Counted from the first letter of the stretch, positions 20,882 to 31,361 are shown. The stretch is DNA of 58,354 bases from an uncultured Erysipelotrichaceae bacterium (GCA_902779035.1 CACZAH010000005.1:1-58354), one strand, 5' to 3'. Notes: generated by a model from the sequence alone, not told the origin. Translations and numbers: made by a program.

Positions 20882-20885
20882 ATAA

Positions 20886-21860
20886 CTAATTTTCCTTACT
20901 TAAACTTAGTATTTTATTCTTAATAATACTATTTTCATATCTTTCAGTTAATTTTGCATCAGATAAATAATCTTGTTTAATACCTTCATTAACTGTATTT
21001 AAAAGCACCATTCTATGTTCAACTACATTAGCTTCTTTTATATTCAAAGCAAACAAGTAATTATATTTCGGATCTTTACTTTCAATAACCGCCTGTCCAT
21101 GGCGCATTACATCAGCACCATAAATATAAAGCGCATACAAGTAATTATAATTTGGATCTTTGCTTTTAATAACAACTTCACCATGTCTTTTTATATCAGC
21201 GCCAGGAACCTGAAAAGCAAATTCATAATTGTAAATTGGACTCTTGCTTTCAATTATTTTATTTGCGAATCGTATTTTATCACACGTTTCAATATAACAA
21301 GCACATTTTACAATATATTCTAAATCATCACTATTATATATAACATCAAGTAAAGGTTCTATATCTGTACCTTTTATATTTTTAGCAAATAAATAACAAC
21401 ACTCTGCTTTATTACTATCTAAAACAATCTTTTTATGTGCTTCTATATCTGCATCTTTAAAATTCAGTACATAATTTATTGATAAATCCGGATCTTTTTT
21501 ATTTAATATAACACGTTCTAATTCAGATTTTAATTGTTTATAAACATCACGATATCTAGTGGCAATTAAATAACAGATATCTGCATCATTACAACCAATA
21601 ATTGCCTTAGTTAATCCGATTTTAGTGTCAACATCAACAAAACACATCGTGTCAAACATTACACGAGTATTTCCGCTTTTTATAATAATACTAATATATT
21701 CTTCTTTATTATATACTTCTAGTTTTTCAATAAAATAGTATGCTAAGTGTGGATTACCTGATGCAATTACTGAATTTTTAAAAGTATCAATTACATATTT
21801 TTCCCCTTTTTTATCTCTTATTTTTTCTAAATCATCAATTATTTCCTTTACCTTATTCAT
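20886..21860 (-). CDS. Hypothetical helical repeat protein (~28-aa repeats)
   Basis: Repeats such as IESKDPKYNYLFALNIKEANV..H. Confidence 0.6.
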   Translation of the reverse strand: MNKVKEIIDDLEKIRDKKGEKYVIDTFKNSVIASGNPHLAYYFIEKLEVYNKEEYISIIIKSGNTRVMFDTMCFVDVDTKIGLTKAIIGCNDADICYLIATRYRDVYKQLKSELERVILNKKDPDLSINYVLNFKDADIEAHKKIVLDSNKAECCYLFAKNIKGTDIEPLLDVIYNSDDLEYIVKCACYIETCDKIRFANKIIESKSPIYNYEFAFQVPGADIKRHGEVVIKSKDPNYNYLYALYIYGADVMRHGQAVIESKDPKYNYLFALNIKEANVVEHRMVLLNTVNEGIKQDYLSDAKLTERYENSIIKNKILSLSKEN

Positions 21861-21880
21861 TTCCAAAACTCCCTTCAAAT

Positions 21881-23257
21881 TTAAAATCTTATTCTATCTT
21901 CAATAAACTTAACTATTTCATCTACATTAATAGTTATCTGTTCCATAGTATCTCTAAATCTTACTGTTACCGTATTATTATTTATTGTATCATCATCTAT
22001 AGTTATACAAAATGGTGTACCTATTACATCTGCTCTTCTATATCTTTTACCAATAGAACCACTAGTATCTATATCTGTCATAAAATATTTAGATAATTTA
22101 GTATATATTTCATTTGCTTTATCATTATGATACTTTTTAACAAGTGGTAATACACATACTTTGTAAGGAGCTAAGAAGTTAGATAGTTTTAATACTTCTC
22201 TTTCAGTTCCATCTTCTAATGTTTCAGTTGTATATGCATTAAAAAGTAGCGCAAGAACAGTTCTATCAAGTCCATAAGTAGATTCTACAATATATGGAAT
22301 ATACTTTTCATTAGTATCAGGATCTAAATATTCCATTGATTTTCCACTATATTCTTGGTGTCTTGTTAAATCAAAATTAGTACGATTATGAGTACCATTA
22401 ATCTCTCCCCAACCAAATGGAAATTTATATTCAATATCACACGCAGCTTTCGCATAATGCGCAAGTTTCTCATGATCATGAAATCTTAATTTATCTTCTG
22501 GAAGTCCTAAATCCATATAGAATTTCTTACCATATTCTTTAAAGTATTCATAAAGTTCCATATCACTTCCTTCTTTACAGAAAGTCTGATATTCCATTTG
22601 TTCAAACTCAATAGTTCTAAATGTAAAATTACCTGGTGTGATTTCATTTCTAAATGCTTTACCAATTTGACCTATACTAAAAGGTAGTTTAGCTCGCATA
22701 CTACGAGTAACATTCATATAGTTTACATACTCTCCTTGCGCGTTCTCTGGGCGTAAGTATACAATACTTTTAGAATCTTGTATTACTCCTCTATGAGTTT
22801 CAAACATTAATTTAAACTGTCTTATATCAGTAAAGTTAGTCTTACCACATTTAGGACAAGGTACTTTATTATCATTAATGTATTTTACCATCTCGCTGTT
22901 ACTCATAGCATCTCCAATACTACTATTAGTAAAATCATTAATTAAATTATCTGCCCTATGTCTTGTTTTACACTCCTTACAATCAAGTAATGGATCTGCA
23001 AATGATTCAACATGTCCTGATGCTTCCCAAACACGAGGATGCATTAGGATATCAGCATCTACTTCATATGCATTAGGACGCTCTTGAATAAAACGTTTTC
23101 TCCAAGCATCTTTTACATTATTTTTAAGTCTACTACCTAATGGACCATAATCCCAAGTATTTGCAAGTCCTCCATAAATTTCACTTCCTTGGTAAATAAA
23201 ACCATATTGTTTACAAAAATTAACTAATTTTTCCATATCCATATTCTTATTATCCAT
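21881..23257 (-). CDS. glyQS: Glycine--tRNA ligase (alpha2 type)
   Basis: GSEIYGGL, WDYGPLG, YLRPENAQG, GKAFRNEITPGNF, SIGKRYRR. Confidence 0.96.
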   Translation of the reverse strand: MDNKNMDMEKLVNFCKQYGFIYQGSEIYGGLANTWDYGPLGSRLKNNVKDAWRKRFIQERPNAYEVDADILMHPRVWEASGHVESFADPLLDCKECKTRHRADNLINDFTNSSIGDAMSNSEMVKYINDNKVPCPKCGKTNFTDIRQFKLMFETHRGVIQDSKSIVYLRPENAQGEYVNYMNVTRSMRAKLPFSIGQIGKAFRNEITPGNFTFRTIEFEQMEYQTFCKEGSDMELYEYFKEYGKKFYMDLGLPEDKLRFHDHEKLAHYAKAACDIEYKFPFGWGEINGTHNRTNFDLTRHQEYSGKSMEYLDPDTNEKYIPYIVESTYGLDRTVLALLFNAYTTETLEDGTEREVLKLSNFLAPYKVCVLPLVKKYHNDKANEIYTKLSKYFMTDIDTSGSIGKRYRRADVIGTPFCITIDDDTINNNTVTVRFRDTMEQITINVDEIVKFIEDRIRF

Positions 23258-23261
23258 AGTA

Positions 23262-23383
23262 TCAATCCTTTCTAAAAAACAAAGAGATTCTATAGTGTAG
23301 GGACGATTTTATCGTGGTTCCACCCTACTTAGAATCTCATTAAGTAATTGCTCACGAGTTTCCACCTCGGTCATTGCTTTCAT
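23262..23383 (-). promoter_or_regulatory. T-box riboswitch (Gly) with ultrashort stem I
   Basis: T-box AAGTAGGGTGGAACCACG (23330-23313) with antiterminator-type helices; GA-motif-flanked hairpin with GGA loop; sigma-A promoter TTTACA-17-TATAAT just upstream. Confidence 0.75.
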
Positions 23384-23416
23384 AAGTATTATATTACATT
23401 TAAATGAATTTGTAAA

Positions 23417-23452
23417 TATAATCATGAGCAAATATATAATCATGAGCAAATA
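23417..23452. repeat. Perfect 18-bp tandem duplication TATAATCATGAGCAAATA x2
   Basis: Direct reading; lies between the glyQS and tetR promoters. Confidence 0.8.
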
Positions 23453-23511
23453 AGCAAAGTAAATTGACTTATATTTTGTTTTATTATAAAATCATTCTAG
23501 GAAGTGGTTGT

Positions 23512-24117
23512 ATGAAGGGAATTATTTTATCTAAAATAGAAGAAAAGAAGCAAGAAAAAGAGAATAAACTATTATCATCTGCTTATAAACTATTCACTGA
23601 AAAAGGAATAAATACAACATCTATTCAAGATATTGTAGATGATGCAGGAGTTGCGAAAGGAACATTTTATTTATATTTTAAAGATAAATATGACTTGCAA
23701 AATAAATTAATAATTAAAAAATCACAACAATTATTTAAAGAAGCATTGGATAACCTAAACAAAGACATAATAATTAATTTTGAAGATCAATTAATATTTG
23801 TAATTGATTATATAATAAATATAGTTTCCCACGATAAAACATTAATTAATTTTATTGAAAAAGATTTATCACTTGGAATATATTCTGATGTAAATGAAAT
23901 AATTAATGATAATAAAACAGGTATTAAAGAAATATTTATAAAGGGTCTTAAAAAGCATAACATAAAACTTAAGAAACCTGATGTAACACTATTTATGATA
24001 ATTGAATTAACATCTTCTACTATATTTACATCAATTACTAAAAATAAACCTTTAAAAATAGATGAATATAAACCATATCTATATTCAGCCATTAGAAGAA
24101 TAATAAAAGAAAAGTAA
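23512..24117 (+). CDS. TetR/AcrR family transcriptional regulator
   Basis: LFTEKGINTTSIQDIVDDAGVAKGTFYLYFKDK; start uncertain. Confidence 0.92.
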   Translation: MKGIILSKIEEKKQEKENKLLSSAYKLFTEKGINTTSIQDIVDDAGVAKGTFYLYFKDKYDLQNKLIIKKSQQLFKEALDNLNKDIIINFEDQLIFVIDYIINIVSHDKTLINFIEKDLSLGIYSDVNEIINDNKTGIKEIFIKGLKKHNIKLKKPDVTLFMIIELTSSTIFTSITKNKPLKIDEYKPYLYSAIRRIIKEK

Positions 24118-24125
24118 GAATCACC

Positions 24126-25559
24126 TTACTTTTTTAAGTCACTTGCATTAATTTTTCCATCACCATTTACATCAGCAAGTAATTTTTGTGTTGTATCAAG
24201 TTCAATAATCTTAGCAATATATTTACTTAACATATTAGCATCAATCATGTTAACTTTATCATCCATATTTATATCTCCTACTTTGAACTTAGATGCAATA
24301 GCTTTAGCCAAACTATTAGCATCTTTATTATCAACAGCAGAATCTCCATTATAATCAGCATAATTTAACTGATCAATTGTAAGTTCTGTTTTCTTTAAAA
24401 TATAGTTTTCAATAATAGTAACATCTTCATGAGTAACTTTTCCATCTAAATTAACATCACCCTTCTGATACTTAGTATTACTGCCTACTTTATTTCTAAG
24501 AACAGCTACATCATTAATATCTATAACTCCATCTAAATTAACATCACATAAATTTAATTGTACTTTATTAGCAACAGTCACACCATTAAACATGTTTTGT
24601 AAGAGTGTTATATCATCATTATTAATTTTACCATCTAAGTTAATATCTCCAACTTGGTAATAATCAGATATAGTTTTAGCAAGTAAATCAACGTCAGTTA
24701 AATCAATAACTCCATCTTCATTCATATCAGAATACTTAAGTTGCTCTTTAGTTAATTTAATTTGATTAGCTACATATTTTTTTAGTAAAATTACATCATT
24801 TACATCAATTACATTATCATTATTAATATCTCCTAATGTATTGACTTTCATAATCTCACTATTTAGATACTCTTCTAATTCATATAAATCATTATTATCT
24901 ACTATACCATTATTATTATAATCTGCAACATTAATCTGTACTGTATTTAAAGAGGCCTGTTTCTTAAGATATTTACTAAGTAATTCTAAATCAGTTGTAT
25001 TAACTACACCATCTAAATTAATATCTCCTCTTTTATAATTAGCATATTTCGCATCAACAACAGTCTCCTTAACACATACATTGTTCTTATCAGTATATTC
25101 TTTAGGACATACAATAGATACTCCTATCTTAGATAAATACTCACTACCACTATTATGACCAGTTACATAAAGTCGAATATTTTCAGCATCTCCTACACTA
25201 AGTATTCCATCACTATTTACATCAGCTGCCATTAACTGAATTTCCGATAAATCTACAGTTTTAGCTAAATATTTATTAAGTAAGTCTAAATCATTGTTGT
25301 CTACTACCCCATCTAAATTAACATCTCCTAATATGTTAGCAGTAGTTGTCTCACTTTTTATACATTTATTATCACTTAATGTATAGCTATTATCATCACA
25401 ATAATAAAAACTAGTTGTAATAGAATTTCCCATTAAACTTTTCATACCTGTATTTCTTGCAATTAACTCATATATCATAAATGCAATTAATAATACTATA
25501 AACGACACGACTATTATTAGTGTAACCTTATTATTCTTTTTAAACGTCAATATAATCAC
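24126..25559 (-). CDS. Membrane-anchored protein with six tandem type I dockerin domains
   Basis: 12 GDxNxDG.V...D-type Ca-binding loops in six pairs; N-terminal TM. Confidence 0.85.
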   Translation of the reverse strand: MIILTFKKNNKVTLIIVVSFIVLLIAFMIYELIARNTGMKSLMGNSITTSFYYCDDNSYTLSDNKCIKSETTTANILGDVNLDGVVDNNDLDLLNKYLAKTVDLSEIQLMAADVNSDGILSVGDAENIRLYVTGHNSGSEYLSKIGVSIVCPKEYTDKNNVCVKETVVDAKYANYKRGDINLDGVVNTTDLELLSKYLKKQASLNTVQINVADYNNNGIVDNNDLYELEEYLNSEIMKVNTLGDINNDNVIDVNDVILLKKYVANQIKLTKEQLKYSDMNEDGVIDLTDVDLLAKTISDYYQVGDINLDGKINNDDITLLQNMFNGVTVANKVQLNLCDVNLDGVIDINDVAVLRNKVGSNTKYQKGDVNLDGKVTHEDVTIIENYILKKTELTIDQLNYADYNGDSAVDNKDANSLAKAIASKFKVGDINMDDKVNMIDANMLSKYIAKIIELDTTQKLLADVNGDGKINASDLKK

Positions 25560-25666
25560 CCTCTACATTACTATCATTAACTATAAACATTTTATAATAA
25601 ATATTACTCTTTGTCAATTATATTGACGAAAACAAATTTATAATTTATAATTTTCTTGGTGAGTTT

Positions 25667-26254
25667 ATGTATACCGTAAAAGAAAACATAGAAAAAACTA
25701 TTATTATAAATAAATCTAAGTTTATCTCTAAAGCTTATTTCGTAACTGATATAAGTGAAGCTAATTATATTCTTAATGAGATAAAGAATGAATATAATGA
25801 TGCAACCCATGTATGTTTTGGATATATAATTAATAATAATATTAAATATAGCGATGATGGGGAACCTAATAATACTGCAGGTCTACCCTTATATAATGCA
25901 ATTAGTAAGAATAATTTAAACTGCGTGCTAGTTGTAGTCATCAGATATTTTGGAGGAATTAAGTTAGGTGCTGGGGGATTAACTCGTGCTTACTCTAATA
26001 GTGCACTTGAAGTCATTAATAATAATATAACTGAACTAATAAGCGGTTATAGTGTAAAAATAGCTTTTGACTATAATTCCATTAAAAATGTTGAATATAT
26101 ATTAAAAGATGTCAATATAATAAGTAAGGATTATAATGATACTATAACTTTTATAGTTGAAATACCAGTAGATAAATTAGATATAATAAAAGAAAAGCTA
26201 AGTAATTATATAAAATCATTTAATACATTAAATAGTATTTATATACGAAAATAA
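25667..26254 (+). CDS. yigZ: YigZ/IMPACT family protein
   Basis: KSKFI, ATHVC, SDDGEP..TAG, RYFGGIKLGAGGLTRAY. Confidence 0.93.
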   Translation: MYTVKENIEKTIIINKSKFISKAYFVTDISEANYILNEIKNEYNDATHVCFGYIINNNIKYSDDGEPNNTAGLPLYNAISKNNLNCVLVVVIRYFGGIKLGAGGLTRAYSNSALEVINNNITELISGYSVKIAFDYNSIKNVEYILKDVNIISKDYNDTITFIVEIPVDKLDIIKEKLSNYIKSFNTLNSIYIRK

Positions 26255-26277
26255 TACCAAACACGGTATTATTTTAA

Positions 26278-27615
26278 TTATATTTTTCTATTTATTTTTG
26301 CATTGCCACATGGTGTTGGGCAGTGATATCCTGGATATTGACATCTTAGTTTATGTACATAAGGAGCTAATACTTTAACTAATTCTTTTTCGCCTTTTTC
26401 TTCTAATCCTTCATATATTGCTGGAATCATATGGGATATATAAGCTCTTTCTATTTCAAGTTGTGCACGACTACATGCACGCTCTTGACCTACAAATTTA
26501 ATAATATTTTTTAAAGAACCAATTCTATTTACCTTAATCATTTGTCCTTGCGGATATACATTTTTAACACTATTAATATCATTTACCCATTCATTAACAA
26601 GTTCATAATTACAGTTAAATACTTGTGGAATATAGCTAAAAAATCTATCTGGAATAATCATTTCACAATCAATAGTTCTATGGCGGTGCTCTTGAGCGAG
26701 ACAAGCCCATGATTCATAATTATTATATGATATTGTATATCCATATTCATTTTTACTATTTATTCCACTAAATTTATTACGATATGCAAATAAACTTAAA
26801 TCTACATTCTTATTATTTTTATAAACAAAATCATCACTACCACAATATTTTTTAATCTCTGGATAAGTCTTATATAGTTTTTCTTTTACTTCATCGCTTT
26901 TATTTGCTACTTCATATATACTATTCTTTGTAATAGTTACATTTTTCTCAGTACAAAGATTAATAAATTCTTTTAGATATGGCACTAACATACTTTCAAA
27001 TTCATTCATAGGATTATCAATAATCCTCTTCATATATACCATAATTTTATTAATTTGTATCCAAGGTACTGTATAAGATATACTTGTAGGCATAAATACA
27101 CTAATCATATATCTAGCGTTTTCTTGTGCGATCTTGTGCACTGCTTTTCTTGCACGAATCTCATTATCTTTACTTTGGTGAAGATAAAAACTTCCATACT
27201 GATTCCAAATCAGTTCTTCTAACTTAATTAACCATTTATCATATAGTTGTTTTTCACACTCTGTTATATACTCATTTGGTTCAACTTCAGTATAACGGAG
27301 TGACCTCTCATCAGCACTATACTGTTTTTCATTATTTAAAATCATACATAAAATTTTTGGAATACCAGTCAACTCTAAAGTAATATTCTGATGTTCTGAA
27401 GGAGTAGTATGGTCACTATAAATAGTACCAAGCCCCCTATTAATTAGTATAGCATCACTCTCGCTATTTCTAATATCACTAGGTGATATAGCTTCATTAT
27501 TAACTGTCTCTTTAAAACATAGAGCAGCTCTAACCCCAACATCCTTTAACGCTTCATATTGATCAAACTTACCATTCTTAACATAACAACCCCTAGGATT
27601 CAATTCTAACTTCAT
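26278..27615 (-). CDS. thyX: Divergent long-form FAD-dependent thymidylate synthase (ThyX-like)
   Basis: HTTPSEH, ERSLRY, ENARY, QEHRHR, RACSRAQLEI. Confidence 0.65.
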   Translation of the reverse strand: MKLELNPRGCYVKNGKFDQYEALKDVGVRAALCFKETVNNEAISPSDIRNSESDAILINRGLGTIYSDHTTPSEHQNITLELTGIPKILCMILNNEKQYSADERSLRYTEVEPNEYITECEKQLYDKWLIKLEELIWNQYGSFYLHQSKDNEIRARKAVHKIAQENARYMISVFMPTSISYTVPWIQINKIMVYMKRIIDNPMNEFESMLVPYLKEFINLCTEKNVTITKNSIYEVANKSDEVKEKLYKTYPEIKKYCGSDDFVYKNNKNVDLSLFAYRNKFSGINSKNEYGYTISYNNYESWACLAQEHRHRTIDCEMIIPDRFFSYIPQVFNCNYELVNEWVNDINSVKNVYPQGQMIKVNRIGSLKNIIKFVGQERACSRAQLEIERAYISHMIPAIYEGLEEKGEKELVKVLAPYVHKLRCQYPGYHCPTPCGNAKINRKI

Positions 27616-27705
27616 AAATACCTCCATCTTAAATATAACATGTTTAATATTAAGATTGCAAGCAAATAGAAAAAAAGTTGTATTTTTTCACAACTTTTAT
27701 ATATA

Positions 27706-29730
27706 TTACTGTACAATATTTAACTGTACATCTCCTTCTTTAACCTTTCTAATTAAGTCATAGTCAATAATTCCATTAGATAGATTAATAACTTCTTCAG
27801 CATATTCACTATAATGATTAATATAATCCATACTGATTGATGTATCAGACTCTAACTGTCTATATTCTTTTTTAGAACTATTATAATATAGCTTGTTAGT
27901 CATCCAGTTACCAGATGGAAATACTATTACATTCTCATCAGTACTAAATATATCATGTCCTAATGCATAAGGATTATATGTACCTAACATATTTTCAAGT
28001 GTTGGTGATACATCTATCATACCCATTACTTTATCAAATGTACCTACATAATCTGTGTTTATTTTATCTTTAGACCAAATTATGAATGGTACTTTTCTAT
28101 TTAATTCATAAGTATAATCATCTATTACATCCATTCTTTTAGTTGGATCTATTAATAGAGAATCATAATATTCACTAGTTATTAATTTTTCAAATTCACT
28201 TCTTTTAAGTTTTGCATCATGGTCCCCATATAATACAATTATTGTATTATCAAGCATACCTTTTTCTTCAAGAGATGTCATTAATTCTCCTATCGCTTCA
28301 TCAGCATAATGCACACTTTTTAAGTAGTTTCCCATCTTCGTTCCTTCTAAATAACTATATTCAGTCCCATCTTCTCCTTTAATATTAACTGAATAAGTAG
28401 AATGATCATTAATATCACTAAATGGAGTATGATTAGTAAGCATAAGAAGTAGTCCATACCATTTATCATGTTCAGCACTTATACCCTCTATTTTTTCAAT
28501 AGACTGTCTAAAGAATGATTTATCAGCTAGACCCAATCCTATTTCTTCATCTATTTCATAATCTTTCTTACTATAAAATCTATCATATCCTAAATGCTTA
28601 TGCATTATATCTCTATTCCATGCACTACCATTATTACCATGCATACTAAATACATAGTATCCTTTTTCTTTAAGTAATTTTTGAATAGTTACATAATCTC
28701 TATTAAAGTAATTCATAAATACTGTACCGTTTGAAGCAGGCATTAGGCCTGACGCGAATGTAAACTCTGAATCACTAGAAGTACCAGTAGACTCTTCTGC
28801 ATAGAAGTTATTAAAATAAATTCCTTCATGGGCTAGTTTATTTACATTAGGAGTTAATTCTTCACCATTAAATCTAAGATTCATAGTAAATCCTTGAATT
28901 GACTCTCCATGTATTACTAATACATTCTTACCTTCAAAAATATTAGTATATTTATTATCACTGCTTTTCTCTTTAGTTGAATAATACTCTCTAAATGTTT
29001 TAGCAGCCTCATCATATCCAAACATTGTATTTACTTTAGTTTTAATTAGACTAACTGCATCGTTTGCTTGATATATATAAATTCCAAATTCCATAACTAT
29101 TGATTGCCTATTCCACTGTTTATTAAGTCTTGATAAATCTGTTGATGTTAAGTGTGTTACAAACATACCTAAAGTAATTAACGCAACACCTAGTTCACTA
29201 AATAGTCTTTTTTTCTTTTTCTCTATTTTACTTACCTTAGTATAATAATCTTTCTTCTTTAATTGAAAATGAAAGAATAATAATACAAATGGAACTATAA
29301 AGAATATAAAGTCTTTAAACTCTAGTATATTTTGTATTACTGCATCAGTATATCCTGTAAGTTCTGTTGCGGTTGTAAGCATAGAAAATGATGCAAACGA
29401 TATATAGTTACTATAATATACACAGTTTATAAAACATACTAAGCTAAATACTATTGACCAAGAAAACAAATATTTAATTTGATTCTTTGATTTAAACAGA
29501 TGAGCAAATGCTCCTACTGTAATTAATATAGTAAGATCACCTAATAATGGTTTTATATCAAATATATTTTTTACGGTAAAATGTCTAAGCATTACACCAT
29601 TAATTAAGTTTACAATAACAAATATTTCAACAAGCAAATTAGTTTTTAAGTATAATCCTATTTTTTTAAAAATTTTTAAAACTAATCTCTTTGTTTTATT
29701 AATATATTTTTCTAAATTAAATTTCTTCAT
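27706..29730 (-). CDS. ltaS: Lipoteichoic acid synthase family protein
   Basis: 5 TM + sulfatase domain, NVLVIHGES, GTSSDSEF, TNHTPF, YGDH. Confidence 0.88.
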   Translation of the reverse strand: MKKFNLEKYINKTKRLVLKIFKKIGLYLKTNLLVEIFVIVNLINGVMLRHFTVKNIFDIKPLLGDLTILITVGAFAHLFKSKNQIKYLFSWSIVFSLVCFINCVYYSNYISFASFSMLTTATELTGYTDAVIQNILEFKDFIFFIVPFVLLFFHFQLKKKDYYTKVSKIEKKKKRLFSELGVALITLGMFVTHLTSTDLSRLNKQWNRQSIVMEFGIYIYQANDAVSLIKTKVNTMFGYDEAAKTFREYYSTKEKSSDNKYTNIFEGKNVLVIHGESIQGFTMNLRFNGEELTPNVNKLAHEGIYFNNFYAEESTGTSSDSEFTFASGLMPASNGTVFMNYFNRDYVTIQKLLKEKGYYVFSMHGNNGSAWNRDIMHKHLGYDRFYSKKDYEIDEEIGLGLADKSFFRQSIEKIEGISAEHDKWYGLLLMLTNHTPFSDINDHSTYSVNIKGEDGTEYSYLEGTKMGNYLKSVHYADEAIGELMTSLEEKGMLDNTIIVLYGDHDAKLKRSEFEKLITSEYYDSLLIDPTKRMDVIDDYTYELNRKVPFIIWSKDKINTDYVGTFDKVMGMIDVSPTLENMLGTYNPYALGHDIFSTDENVIVFPSGNWMTNKLYYNSSKKEYRQLESDTSISMDYINHYSEYAEEVINLSNGIIDYDLIRKVKEGDVQLNIVQ

Positions 29731-29752
29731 ATCACACCACCACTTAATTATA

Positions 29753-30883
29753 TCATTTATTATTTTTTTTCTCAATTTGATAGTTTATACCTAAAAACTC
29801 ACACATTATATCATTAGATAAATATATATAATCGTTACTAATCTTTATATTATATTCATCTACTACTAATTTATTTTCACAAACTAATTTTTTTACAATA
29901 TCTAATTTTAATGGATTAAAATCATATCTGGATTCAAATTCTAATATATTAATACCATCTAATTTCCTAAAACCTAAAATAAATGCATTTTCTATCGTCT
30001 CATTATATGATAATTTCTTACCTTCTAATCTATAATTACCAGCAATATATTTAGTAATACTTCTTGTATTATCATATCTATTATCATCTATATATCCTGA
30101 AGCTCCTACTCCAAATCCATAATAGTATTCATTATTCCAATAAGTAAGATTATGCCTAGATTCATACCCAAGCTCACTAAAATTACTTATCTCATAATGT
30201 TTATACTTACCTTTTAGCTTATCAATAATTAATTTATACATCTCATAATCAATATCTTCATCTATATTTTTTAATTTATTATTATACATTACAGTATTCT
30301 TCTCAATAATAAGTGAATATGTAGATATATGAGGTATATCTAGACTAAGAAAATTATCTATATCAGTTTCTAACTCTTTAATAGTCTCACTAGGTATTGC
30401 ATACATTAAATCAATATTTATATTAGTAAAATACTTCTTACATAAATTAATTCTATCAATAATATCTATATCATATCTTCTACTTAATATTTTAAGTATT
30501 CTTTTATTAAATGATTCTACACCAATACTTATTCTATTTACTCTATTGTTTTTAAGCAATATAAGTAATTCTTCACTAATATCTTCTAAATTACATTCAA
30601 GAGTAAACTCATAATTATCACTTATATTTAGTTTATTAATAATATTAAATAATTTATTTAATTCATTAGCACTAAGAATACTTGGTGTACCACCACCAAT
30701 ATAAATAGTATCAAGAACTTCTCCTTTATAATACTTAGAAATCTCACAATCTAAAGCAGTTAAATAATCAGAAACTAAGTTAGTACTATAATATACCTTA
30801 CAAAAATCACAATAAGCACATATTGCATTACAAAAAGGAATATGAATGTAACAAGATTTAACACTACTTTTTAAATCTTCCAT
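29753..30883 (-). CDS. hemW: Radical SAM heme chaperone HemW (HemN-like)
   Basis: YIHIPFCNAICAYCDF, GGGTPS, YEISNF, HNLTYW. Confidence 0.92.
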   Translation of the reverse strand: MEDLKSSVKSCYIHIPFCNAICAYCDFCKVYYSTNLVSDYLTALDCEISKYYKGEVLDTIYIGGGTPSILSANELNKLFNIINKLNISDNYEFTLECNLEDISEELLILLKNNRVNRISIGVESFNKRILKILSRRYDIDIIDRINLCKKYFTNINIDLMYAIPSETIKELETDIDNFLSLDIPHISTYSLIIEKNTVMYNNKLKNIDEDIDYEMYKLIIDKLKGKYKHYEISNFSELGYESRHNLTYWNNEYYYGFGVGASGYIDDNRYDNTRSITKYIAGNYRLEGKKLSYNETIENAFILGFRKLDGINILEFESRYDFNPLKLDIVKKLVCENKLVVDEYNIKISNDYIYLSNDIMCEFLGINYQIEKKNNK

Positions 30884-31361
30884 CACTATTTCTTTCCTGT
30901 TTTAAGTAAGTATCATTACCATGCATTAAATTAGCTAATTTATGATTATTTAATACATTTTTAACCTTTAATCCTAAATCAACATCTATTAAAAATATTC
31001 TTTTAGTTATATCATTATGAATAGTATCTTTAGTATATCCAGTTTGATTTACCACCTCATCAATAGATAGTCCATTAGCAACCATATTAGACACCATTAA
31101 TACTCTATTTCTAACGTTTTCATCTTCTACAGTCTTAGGTTTATTGCCATTTAAAATATTATGAATATATTCTACAGTTTCAGGATTCATCTGAATAAAT
31201 CTGTGTAAGTAATCTTTCACTGTTACATAACTAATACTCTTTCCTTTATCGTTTAAATATTTCGCACATTTTCTACAAGACGGATCAAATCCATATAAAT
31301 AATACTTTCCAACTGCATTAATTAATTCTAATCTTTCTTCTTCACTAAAAGTTCTTGCCAT
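30864..31361 (-). CDS. Hypothetical HTH-like protein between lepA and hemW
   Basis: SIDEVVNQTGYTKDTIHNDI resembles a helix-turn-helix. Confidence 0.55.
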   Translation of the reverse strand: MARTFSEEERLELINAVGKYYLYGFDPSCRKCAKYLNDKGKSISYVTVKDYLHRFIQMNPETVEYIHNILNGNKPKTVEDENVRNRVLMVSNMVANGLSIDEVVNQTGYTKDTIHNDITKRIFLIDVDLGLKVKNVLNNHKLANLMHGNDTYLKQERNSDGRFKK

